DNA of 64,000 nt from Ignavibacteriota bacterium. GTDB lineage: Bacteria; Bacteroidota; Ignavibacteria; UBA10030. Below are positions 20,524 to 28,373 of this stretch, piece by piece. Numbering within the stretch: position 1 is the first letter of the stretch; each line of letters opens with the position of its first letter. The notes beneath the pieces were generated by a model. The model saw only the letters and a list, made by a program, of their open reading frames with translations. It did no database searches and was not told the origin of the DNA. A program made the position numbers and the translations under genes. The stretch is taken from the NCBI GenBank assembly GCA_003142475.1, contig PLMK01000013.1, forward strand, positions 33,130 through 97,129, in the 5' to 3' direction.

Positions 20524-23094
20524 TCAAAACGTAAATCCAAGCGTCGTATAGAACGCAACTTCATCCTTTGAGCTGGCAAGATTAAAGCTGACTAAATATT
20601 CAGGTTTTATAATTGAGAACCATATACCGCCGCCGATAGCGTTATGCCAGAGGTTAGATTGTTCACCATCGATGAAGACACGGCCTGTTTCAGCAAATCC
20701 GGAAATCCCCGCCCAGAGTGGAACAAGAAATGGAATCTGCGTTACCCGCGCGCGAACCTCCACTCCGCCCAACAACGAAGCATCGCCTGCAAAACGTTGA
20801 CGCTCAAATCCCCGCAACGATTCGTTGCCGCCGAGAAAAGCAGATTCAAAAAATGGATGGTTCCCCCATATCTTTTCTCCTGCCGCCCTTATAGCAATTG
20901 TCACCATTTGAATGTTGACTGGTGTAATGTAAGTTCGTGCTTCACACCGGAGCTTGGTAAATGTGTCGGTATTGTCAAACATCTTTGGAAGATAAGAGGC
21001 CTCTGCTTTCAAATAGAACCCTCGTGTCGGTAACTTTTCTGCATCACGAGTGTCTGCTTGAATGCGGGCAGAAAGATTTAAAAAGGTAAGACTTTTGTTA
21101 TAGTAAGAAAGCTGCAGTGTGTCAAGGAGAGTGCCCGGTTTTGGGTTATTATCGATAAGCTTGATAGTGCTGCCAATTTCTGCACGTGTGTTGGTGGTAA
21201 TTGCAAAGTCGAACGCAGCATGAAAAAATATCTGCCGTTGATCGACCTTATAAAATCCAGCTTTCTCGAGCGACGAGCTGTATGTCGTTTTATTGCCTAA
21301 TCCGAAAAAGTTTGATAGATCGAGCTGTGATGCGTGGAGTTGGAGAAATGTACTAACACCCCCGAACCAATCTCGAAATTCTCCGGTCGCATCGAATCGA
21401 TAGCGTCTGGTTTCCGTTGTAAGTCCGGCACGCACACCAATTTGTTCAGTGTATGGCTCCATACGGTACCCATATTGCGTATATACCGGCCCGCCGCCGA
21501 TGAACAGTCCGTCATCAGGATTGATATCCAACCATGGACTGAACGACCACTCGCTGCCCCAATCGCGAATCACTTGGGTGTTGCTGCCTGATTTAATGCG
21601 GGATGTCGAATCGTTATTATAAAAAACCACACTTGAAGAAAAAAGATTCAAGTCAGAGAATATGCTTCTGCTTCTACTCATATCCACAAGCTCATTTTTC
21701 CCGCTGCCGCCATCGACGATGATTTTAATAGTGCCACTTTCTTCTCCTTCGATAATCGTTTTGTCATCACCCCCGAGGAGCAATAGACGAATCTCTTTTG
21801 TTAAATCGTCATGGAACAATCGCTGATAGAAAGGTGTATGTGAGTTATCGAAACGATCATACATTGCAACAAAAACCATATGTCTCCCGATCCTGCGAAT
21901 TTCTACACTTTCCGCTCTATTGCTGCCGTGTATTTCCACATATTCAGAAGACAGCTTGTAGAATTCCTCCACTGCTTTTAACAGTTGAGCACGACGTGAT
22001 TGAAGAATGTGCAGGATAACTTTTCCTTCTTTTTCCAAAATTGGAATTGGCAGGCGGGATACCACCGTCGTTAAAAGCGAATCTGAAATTCTTGTCTGTA
22101 TCCAAGCCGCCAATGAATCCCATGTTTGTTTCGGATAAGAGATGAGCAATCTGCGGTCAAGTTCACGTCCGGCCAGCGTAAGATTCTCAACGTTAGAAAT
22201 ATTCTCGTCACAAGCTTCCAATTCTGGAACAACCAGGTCAGCGATAGTTGGGAATAAGCCATCTAATTTTTGAAATTGAGAAAAAGCGCCCCACATGGAA
22301 ACCGGCTCCCAGTATCTATATTTATCACGCCGAACGGCTTGCCACATCCATTTATCGGGAGAACGGTTCCAATTACCTAATAAAATATCAACAATGCGAG
22401 ATTTGAGATATTGAAGTTCATCAATGCGTTCATTTCTGGGACTGAATTCATTGAGCTTTATTACTGCGTCAGTGCTGATTAAGTTGATTCGATGAGATGC
22501 TGCAGTATCAGACGATGGAAAATGCAATGGATATCTAAGAAGGCCCAGCTTATTGCCAAAATACCGCCGATACATTCCAGGCAATTCATTTGATGGAAGA
22601 AAAACTAGTTTTATGTCCCGATACGGCAGTTCGAGCGCTTGAAAAATCGGCGGAAGAATAAGCCATGTATAAGGATTCAATGTGCTTAATTGATCAAGCA
22701 CCAAACTCGGTGGCAATAAAACAGAAAAATCAGATGGAAACGGATAAGTCGATTTAGAAATAATTGGTTCAAAGGAATATTCAGCACCTAACGAGTCTAT
22801 GAGGTCAAGAAAGAAAACTTTCTCTTTGATCGGAATTAGACGTGTTACTTTTAATGTACGGATTGGAGTGTTGAGAATTAATTTTTCCGCTTTCACTGGA
22901 GTTGCCCAAACATCGCGCCAAAGTGAACCGAACAAAAACCGATGAAGTCCGCTTGCCTGAAAATCTGGATTGGCGGCTATCGTTACGCTGTCGGTTTGGG
23001 CTTGGGTTTGGAAAAGAGAAATGCTTGGTTGAGCATCTGCGCTTTGAAAAACAAGGAAGGTGAGAATAAGTAGAGTGAATTTCAATCCATGCAT
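20524..23094 (-). CDS. Omp85/surface-antigen (D15) family outer-membrane protein
   Basis: The C-terminal ~300 aa resemble an Omp85 beta-barrel and end in the aromatic 'TLGFTF'. The signal peptide 'MHGLKFTLLILTFLVFQSADAQ' begins at ATG 23094, so the 40 upstream codons in the ORF track are probably untranslated. Confidence 0.7.
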   Translation of the reverse strand: MHGLKFTLLILTFLVFQSADAQPSISLFQTQAQTDSVTIAANPDFQASGLHRFLFGSLWRDVWATPVKAEKLILNTPIRTLKVTRLIPIKEKVFFLDLIDSLGAEYSFEPIISKSTYPFPSDFSVLLPPSLVLDQLSTLNPYTWLILPPIFQALELPYRDIKLVFLPSNELPGMYRRYFGNKLGLLRYPLHFPSSDTAASHRINLISTDAVIKLNEFSPRNERIDELQYLKSRIVDILLGNWNRSPDKWMWQAVRRDKYRYWEPVSMWGAFSQFQKLDGLFPTIADLVVPELEACDENISNVENLTLAGRELDRRLLISYPKQTWDSLAAWIQTRISDSLLTTVVSRLPIPILEKEGKVILHILQSRRAQLLKAVEEFYKLSSEYVEIHGSNRAESVEIRRIGRHMVFVAMYDRFDNSHTPFYQRLFHDDLTKEIRLLLLGGDDKTIIEGEESGTIKIIVDGGSGKNELVDMSRSRSIFSDLNLFSSSVVFYNNDSTSRIKSGSNTQVIRDWGSEWSFSPWLDINPDDGLFIGGGPVYTQYGYRMEPYTEQIGVRAGLTTETRRYRFDATGEFRDWFGGVSTFLQLHASQLDLSNFFGLGNKTTYSSSLEKAGFYKVDQRQIFFHAAFDFAITTNTRAEIGSTIKLIDNNPKPGTLLDTLQLSYYNKSLTFLNLSARIQADTRDAEKLPTRGFYLKAEASYLPKMFDNTDTFTKLRCEARTYITPVNIQMVTIAIRAAGEKIWGNHPFFESAFLGGNESLRGFERQRFAGDASLLGGVEVRARVTQIPFLVPLWAGISGFAETGRVFIDGEQSNLWHNAIGGGIWFSIIKPEYLVSFNLASSKDEVAFYTTLGFTF

Positions 23095-23103
23095 CGTTGT
23101 GTT
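23077..23103. repeat. DR1 copy A (27 nt)
   Basis: GAATTTCAATCCATGCATCGTTGTGTT. It covers the start codon and first codons of the Omp85-like gene. It matches 25405-25431 at 26/27 positions. Confidence 0.9.
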
Positions 23104-23266
23104 TTTGATCCAGTGGTATTTTTCATTTAATGTGACGTAATAATACGGAAATCTTTTGGCTTTATCAGTAGAAGGAGTGTGAAATTGTTTTCCTCTGGGA
23201 AAAATGAAAATCATTTTTTCTCTTGTTGCGGTTACAATTCTTCTTTATCCAGCGACTAGTCTGCTA

Positions 23267-23863
23267 TTACTCGCGTGCAAACTGGAGTAAAGGTGCATAA
23301 TTCTGATTGTCTGCCTCTTGAAGTGCCGATAAGTATCTGGCACGAGCCTCTCCCTTCTTTGTCAGATTGACTCTCCCCCAAGAAAACACTGGTTTGCCAA
23401 ATCCGCTGCTGACAAGAATATCTGCCAGTAATCTGGAATGCCTGCCATTGCCATTTGCAAACGGGTGAATCGAGACAATCCTATGACTCAACCGTACGGC
23501 GATTTCATCCACAGAAAAGACATTCTGCTCAATCCAATAACGGCAGTCATCAAGTTGTTTCTTTAATTCAACTCCGATCATAAATTTATCAACACCAATA
23601 TTCTTGTTCGTCGTCCTGAATTCTCCCGCCCACATCCAAACATCGGCGAACATTCGTTTATGTAATTCCTTAATGTAATCCTCGGTCAATATTTGTTTGA
23701 GTGTGGGTTTTCTTTCCATTGTCCATGCAATAGCTTTTTCCACACCAAGCTGTTCAAACTCATCAAGTTCACCGCGAGTAGTAATCGCTTTGATTCGCAG
23801 GCCTTCTTTCTCGTCTTCATCAATCGGAGTTTGGCCATCTGAATAATCAAGGTCTAATCCCAT
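23267..23863 (-). CDS. Fic/DOC family protein ('mobile mystery protein B' type)
   Basis: The Fic motif is 'HPFANGNGRHSRLLADIL'. 198 aa. It overlaps the upstream HTH gene by 10 nt. Confidence 0.9.
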   Translation of the reverse strand: MGLDLDYSDGQTPIDEDEKEGLRIKAITTRGELDEFEQLGVEKAIAWTMERKPTLKQILTEDYIKELHKRMFADVWMWAGEFRTTNKNIGVDKFMIGVELKKQLDDCRYWIEQNVFSVDEIAVRLSHRIVSIHPFANGNGRHSRLLADILVSSGFGKPVFSWGRVNLTKKGEARARYLSALQEADNQNYAPLLQFARE

Positions 23864-24318
23864 AAATATTTCGGCATCTCCTGTTTGATTTGTTCTGCTC
23901 GATCTTTGATTGCCTTTTGCAATCTTTCTTCTTTGTTTTCCTGTTCTTCGAGTTTCATAGAGTGTGAGGTTCTCATGACAATTTCACGGGCAACTTGCAG
24001 CGCACGCTTTTCAATTATTTTTTCGACGGAAGATTCTTTGGGAAGAAGCGTATATACAAATTGAAGATCGAGTTTCTCGGCAACTTCCATCAATTTATTC
24101 AGTGTGATAGTTTTATTCTGTTCTCGTTCTTCAATCTCTTTAACGCTGACAGATGTTTTCTTGAGACGTTTTGCAAGCTGGACCAATGACATATTCATTG
24201 CTGTTCTAATCGCATTGATCCAGCCACGCGGTGGCATGTCAACTTCTTTTAATATCGAAAACTTTTCGAGCTTTTTATCAAGTTGTTCTATCAAAAGCTT
24301 TTTATTGAGATCTACCAT
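23854..24318 (-). CDS. XRE-type HTH protein ('mobile mystery protein A' type), probable antitoxin/regulator of the Fic protein
   Basis: 154 aa. The HTH is 'SLVQLAKRLKKTSVSVKEIEEREQNKTITLNKLMEVAEKL'. The gene is coupled to the Fic gene. Confidence 0.8.
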   Translation of the reverse strand: MVDLNKKLLIEQLDKKLEKFSILKEVDMPPRGWINAIRTAMNMSLVQLAKRLKKTSVSVKEIEEREQNKTITLNKLMEVAEKLDLQFVYTLLPKESSVEKIIEKRALQVAREIVMRTSHSMKLEEQENKEERLQKAIKDRAEQIKQEMPKYLWD

Positions 24319-24319
24319 T

Positions 24320-24398
24320 AGGTTATACCCTTATAATCTGTGGTTAAATATAAGGTTATACCCTTGTTTATGCAAGCGGATTATTAGGTTATATCCTT
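24320..24398. promoter_or_regulatory. three phased 13-bp repeats (putative operators) upstream of the HTH/Fic operon
   Basis: AGGTTATACCCTT occurs at 24320-24332 and at 24353-24365, and AGGTTATATCCTT at 24386-24398. The spacing is exactly 33 bp. Each repeat contains a 10/12 imperfect palindrome AGGkTATAmCCT. Confidence 0.5.
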
Positions 24399-24677
24399 AA
24401 TAATACAAGATTGAGTTATAAAGAGCTATAATTTATCCAAAAATTGACAAGTAGCTGTTTTCGCCGGGAGAAGAAGGATGGTGATATTGCCTGATCGCTG
24501 CAACAAGTGTTTACTTCGGAACAATGATGTCTTCGGGAGAGAATTTCTCTGAGAGTACAAAGATAATTATTACAATGATCCTTCAAGAATTTCCCTGTTA
24601 CTTTTCAGACTCCTTCCTTTCTTTTTCCTAGAAACGAAAATAAATTAGATATCTCCATATTGTAGGAATATTTATAT

Positions 24678-24706
24678 TAGTAAGACAATTATACATTGAC
24701 TTACTA
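24678..24706. promoter_or_regulatory. inverted repeat upstream of the AbrB/PIN operon (putative operator)
   Basis: TAGTAAG (24678-24684) is separated by 15 nt from CTTACTA (24700-24706). A further CTTAC...TAGTAA lies at 24717-24729, just 5' of the RBS-like 'AAGGAGAA' and ATG 24752. Confidence 0.35.
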
Positions 24707-24751
24707 TTTATTTTTTCTTACATTAGTAAAGAAGATTACAAGGAGAAAGCA

Positions 24752-24982
24752 ATGGAAACAATTGCAACAACAAAAGGCCAGATTGTCATTCCTTCCAAGG
24801 TTCGTTCAAAACTTGGCATTAAAGAAGGAACGCGCATTCAAATTGCGATAAACGAGAAGGACCAATCTCTCATTCTCACACCGATCACACGGCAGTACGT
24901 TCATTCGATCCGCGGAAAACATAAGGGAACGGGATTATTAAAAGCATTGATGGCCGAAAAGAAAAAAGAAAGGGAATTGTAA
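24752..24982 (+). CDS. vapB: AbrB/SpoVT (MazE-like) family antitoxin
   Basis: 76 aa. 'TTKGQIVIPSKVRSKLGIKEGTRIQI' is the swapped-hairpin AbrB-type DNA-binding motif. It overlaps the PIN gene by 1 nt (TAATG). Confidence 0.85.
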   Translation: METIATTKGQIVIPSKVRSKLGIKEGTRIQIAINEKDQSLILTPITRQYVHSIRGKHKGTGLLKALMAEKKKEREL

Positions 24983-25398
24983 TGCCGGCAAGACCCAAAG
25001 CATATATACTGGATTCCTGGTCCATAATGGCTTTCCTTGAGGATGAACCCGCAGGAGAAACAGTCGGCAATATTATTGCTGATGCCCACGAAAATGGTAT
25101 ACCATTGATGATGACAACCGTGAACGCCGGAGAAGTGTGGTATATTCTTGCACGAGAAGTTTCTGAAACCGCAGCTGACCAAAGCATAAAAGATTTGCTT
25201 GAGCTTGGTGTTCACTTCCATGATGCGGATTGGAAGCTTGCCAACCAGGCAGCGAGATTTAAAGCTATAAAGAAAATGTCCTTTGCCGATTGTTTTGCCG
25301 CAGCGTTAGCGGTTCATCATAAGGGCTCAGCATTGGTTACGGGAGATAAGGAATTTAAACAGGTGGAAGAATCTGTAAAGATTCAATGGCTATCGTAA
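24982..25398 (+). CDS. vapC: PIN-domain ribonuclease toxin
   Basis: 138 aa. It has the N-terminal acidic 'YILDSW', then 'FADCFAAALAVHHKGSALVTGDKEF', which is typical of the PIN C-terminal acidic residue region. Confidence 0.85.
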   Translation: MPARPKAYILDSWSIMAFLEDEPAGETVGNIIADAHENGIPLMMTTVNAGEVWYILAREVSETAADQSIKDLLELGVHFHDADWKLANQAARFKAIKKMSFADCFAAALAVHHKGSALVTGDKEFKQVEESVKIQWLS

Positions 25399-25404
25399 TA
25401 AAGC

Positions 25405-25431
25405 GAATTTCAATCCAGGCATCGTTGTGTT
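25405..25431. repeat. DR1 copy B (27 nt)
   Basis: GAATTTCAATCCAGGCATCGTTGTGTT. On the minus strand it reads as a 10-codon relic 'MPGLKFALLR*' that mimics the Omp85-like N-terminus 'MHGLKFTLL'. Confidence 0.9.
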
Positions 25432-25590
25432 GGGGATGGGAATGACTATGTGCGCTTAAGACTTCCCCTCAACAATCTTTACCTCATCTGCTGTTTAATG
25501 TATCACTATTACTGTTCGGGTAAATGTTCGCACATCTTTTACCTGATCACATTGCTTCACATATTTGTGTATTTTTCTTAACGACCTGAC

Positions 25591-26334
25591 TCAATTCATT
25601 CTGTGTAATGTAAGAGCAGATGCACCGACGCTTATCCATGGCAGAAATATCATTATTTTATTGGATTTTTCAAGATTATGTTTCGCGCAAAGAAGTCTAA
25701 TATTTTTTGATGTAAGGCTACTACCACCTTTTGAAAATGGAATAACATGATCATAGTGGAGGTTTTTATTTGAGTTGCATATTTGACACTTCCCTTTGTC
25801 TCGTTTCCATACTTCGACTTTAACGTATGTTGGAATGATCCGGTTACATGGCAGTTCAATATTGCCTTGAAGTATAGTCTTTGCAATCGGAAGAAGATGG
25901 AACTTAAAAACTCTTCGTCTACCGTCAGATTCTTGTTCTACATCCACTAATTCAAAAAATCCTTTATAACACCAAACACCACTTGCAATCTTTTCATATA
26001 CCTTTACCAATTCAGGTTTAGTAGAAAGACCTGTTTTATAATCAGTTGCCGCTTTAAAAAATTTTCCGTTTTCTGTCCACGATCCTGAGGACGTTGTCAT
26101 TGGTTGGTCAATACTTTTGGGATCTGAAATAGTCTTTGTTTTCGGATGATCATGTCCTTCATAAATTAACGCACCTGTCGTATGATTAATCTGATCTGCA
26201 TAAGGAGCGTTTTTTCTTACTGACATTAAAAAGACTGAGTAATTCCTGCCAACCCTATAATTCATTCCTTTTTGCAGATGAGCCTTCTCCTCGTTAATAA
26301 GCTCTAGATAAGAAATAATATCGTCTGGTTTCAT
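25591..26334 (-). CDS. HNH endonuclease with N-terminal SRA/PUA-like domain (candidate modification-dependent nuclease)
   Basis: The C-terminal HNH is 'CQICNSNKNLHYDHVIPFSKGGSSLTSKNIRLLCAKHNLEKSNK'. The N-terminal ~170 aa contain 'NYSVFLMSVRKNAPYADQINHTTGALIYEGHD' and 'VKVYEKIASGVWCYKGFFELVDVEQESDGRRRVFKFHLLPI', which are reminiscent of SRA/YDG-fold domains. Confidence 0.8.
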   Translation of the reverse strand: MKPDDIISYLELINEEKAHLQKGMNYRVGRNYSVFLMSVRKNAPYADQINHTTGALIYEGHDHPKTKTISDPKSIDQPMTTSSGSWTENGKFFKAATDYKTGLSTKPELVKVYEKIASGVWCYKGFFELVDVEQESDGRRRVFKFHLLPIAKTILQGNIELPCNRIIPTYVKVEVWKRDKGKCQICNSNKNLHYDHVIPFSKGGSSLTSKNIRLLCAKHNLEKSNKIMIFLPWISVGASALTLHRMN

Positions 26335-26471
26335 ATTGTCAAAGGATTGTTATTGGTGAGACATCTGCAAGCAATGTAGACAAACCTCGCATCTTTTGCA
26401 ATGGCGATTATAGCGATAGAATCAACCGCAGGGATTGCTTCTAAATTTAGAAACTTCGACTTCCCTGTTCA

Positions 26472-26500
26472 GCAATTTTTCAAAAAATTCAGTACGTTAT
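26472..26500. repeat. DR2 copy A (29 nt)
   Basis: GCAATTTTTCAAAAAATTCAGTACGTTAT. It matches 28374-28402 at 28/29 positions. Confidence 0.9.
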
Positions 26501-26847
26501 TACTAAAGCTGTTGAGTTGATGAGTCCCTGTCATTCTTCAAGTGAACTCAAATCATCCATAGAAATTACTAGATGCGCCGCAATAATATCACGTTTGCTC
26601 TCTCTCCTACCGTCAATCTCAATCAGCAAAAAGTGGTGTGAAATTGCGTCATCATGCACGTGACTATAATGTTGATTTTCATGGACGCGCGTGTCTACTT
26701 TACTCGACGGAATAAAACACATGCCTTGGTGAAAGAAAACAGAAGTAGTTCAAATTGAGAATTCATGAGTATGCAATGATGGCACATATTTTGTTTCCTC
26801 ACATTCGATTCATTCGTCATCCAAAACCACCACAATCGGGAGCTATT

Positions 26848-28296
26848 ATGAACACCACTATGCTATGCAGTACAAATTCATCCGTTATTTTCAGGTTCTT
26901 GATTCTCCACATCCTGGCTATAATGCCCGCAGTACTCTTTGCACAACAAGATGTTTCTATTTGGGATTTCCGCATACCGGAAACGAAATATCAAAGGCTG
27001 ACGGGCAATCTATCGGGAGGATGGAACAATACAGAACAAAATAACACCGATTATTCCTTTGGTGCGCCTCAAGATCATTCTTCAAATTCAACGAAGTCCT
27101 CAAGCGTGCAATCAACATTAGCCTATAATTTTGCAAATTACAACGAAAACAATTCGCTTGAAATCACAGCAAACGTGACAGGGCAAGCAAATCATCAGAG
27201 TAGTGACGGAAGCCAATCGTACGTAACATCCATCCCCCTCATGTATAGTGCTTTATCGTCACAGGTATATACAAATTATAATGTAGAGATAGCGCCGGCA
27301 ATTCTATATTCGAATTATATAATTCCTGATACATGGCATTGGTTTGCAGAAGGATCTGGAAATTATTCCTTTAATCAATACATCAATAATTCTAACACTA
27401 CTTACTCTGATGGATCTTACTCTTATGACTCAACATATTTTAAAAACAATTCCTGGAGTGCATCAGTGAGCGGAGGTATTGGATATGGAAAACTTCGCGA
27501 TGGTTCTTCAGTCTTTGCTGTGCTCCGCATATTGGATAAACTCACAGAAGACAGCATGCTTATTCGACCACTGACAAGAGATGAAGTGCTTCGGATCGTC
27601 GATATCTTTGCAAGACGAGTAGAATATACATACACTCAAGATAGGTTCGTAAAGTACTTTATGGAAGATGTCTTTGGACAGTTGCAAAAGATGGGTGTAC
27701 TCAAAGAAAATGCGGCGACGGCATATTCAGTTTTGAGAGCAGTTGAAGTGCTCTCCGAGCAAATTGCACCGCGACTATTTGGATGGAGAGCAAGGCTTGG
27801 TGTACAACGCTCATTTACAGAAGGAGTGAGCGGGGCAAGTGGAATGTACCCCCAGAACTATACTTCAAGCTATCTTTGGTATTTTCGTGATTATGTTTCG
27901 TTGGCGTTTGATTATGGATATCCACTCACACTGAATCTTCAGGTGAACTCAAGTCTTTCCATAGAAATTCCATTTATCGATTATCAAAGAAAAATTGGCT
28001 ACATGTTTCAGATTGCTGGAATCTATCAGATCGGCGAACGGATCGATGCAACAATATCAGGTTCGGTCTCTCGTACGACCGATCTTTTTCAAGGTACAGA
28101 TGAAAACGAGTTTTTGAGAAACATGCAATATAACGCTGGCATTTCCTTTCGATTCTTTATCGAAAACAATATCAACTTCAATGTGAGTTGCAAATACTCA
28201 GAATACTATCAAGACAACTTCTCGCTCTCTTATTCAAGGAACAGTGCATCTAAATACCCCACCATTAGTTTCGGCGTAAGTTATAGATTCTTATAG
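26848..28296 (+). CDS. predicted outer-membrane beta-barrel protein, N/S/Y-rich, function unknown
   Basis: The signal peptide 'MNTTMLCSTNSSVIFRFLILHILAIMPAVLFAQQ' starts at ATG 26848, preceded by GGGAG. The protein has an alternating-hydrophobicity C-terminal half ending 'ISFGVSYRFL'. The 31-codon upstream extension in the ORF track is probably not translated. Confidence 0.55.
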   Translation: MNTTMLCSTNSSVIFRFLILHILAIMPAVLFAQQDVSIWDFRIPETKYQRLTGNLSGGWNNTEQNNTDYSFGAPQDHSSNSTKSSSVQSTLAYNFANYNENNSLEITANVTGQANHQSSDGSQSYVTSIPLMYSALSSQVYTNYNVEIAPAILYSNYIIPDTWHWFAEGSGNYSFNQYINNSNTTYSDGSYSYDSTYFKNNSWSASVSGGIGYGKLRDGSSVFAVLRILDKLTEDSMLIRPLTRDEVLRIVDIFARRVEYTYTQDRFVKYFMEDVFGQLQKMGVLKENAATAYSVLRAVEVLSEQIAPRLFGWRARLGVQRSFTEGVSGASGMYPQNYTSSYLWYFRDYVSLAFDYGYPLTLNLQVNSSLSIEIPFIDYQRKIGYMFQIAGIYQIGERIDATISGSVSRTTDLFQGTDENEFLRNMQYNAGISFRFFIENNINFNVSCKYSEYYQDNFSLSYSRNSASKYPTISFGVSYRFL

Positions 28297-28323
28297 ACGA
28301 TTGTTTGCTTTTGTCTGAACAAG

Positions 28324-28365
28324 CCCGATTTTTCGCCTTTTGTATAAACGAGAAATCGGGTTTTT
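28324..28365 (+). terminator. rho-independent terminator after the beta-barrel gene
   Basis: A 12-bp stem with 1 mismatch pairs CCCGATTTTTCG (28324-28335) with CGAGAAATCGGG (28349-28360). It is followed by TTTTT. Confidence 0.65.
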
Positions 28366-28373
28366 CTTTCTCT

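Noticed and set aside
23095-23214. The ORF track gives N-terminal extensions for the Omp85-like gene. Similar extensions appear for the beta-barrel gene (26755-26847), tpiA (34158-34262), HlyD (35699-35827), the class V aminotransferase (41286-41396), the Nudix gene (50208-50246), the Bat-like gene (53050-53127) and hutH (60042-60104).
   Set aside because: The extensions overlap upstream genes or repeat arrays, or they precede obvious signal peptides or conserved N-termini. Internal starts fit family-typical N-termini better.
25427-25475. An imperfect hairpin, GTTGGGGA...TCCCCTCAAC, follows vapC.
   Set aside because: The stem is bulged and no U-tract follows. It overlaps DR1 copy B, so its pairing may be incidental.
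26531-26722. A 63-aa minus-strand ORF lies inside the DR2-bounded cassette.
   Set aside because: It has no RBS, no motif and a His/Asp-rich composition. It is kept only as a note in the island finding. It could be a gene fragment.
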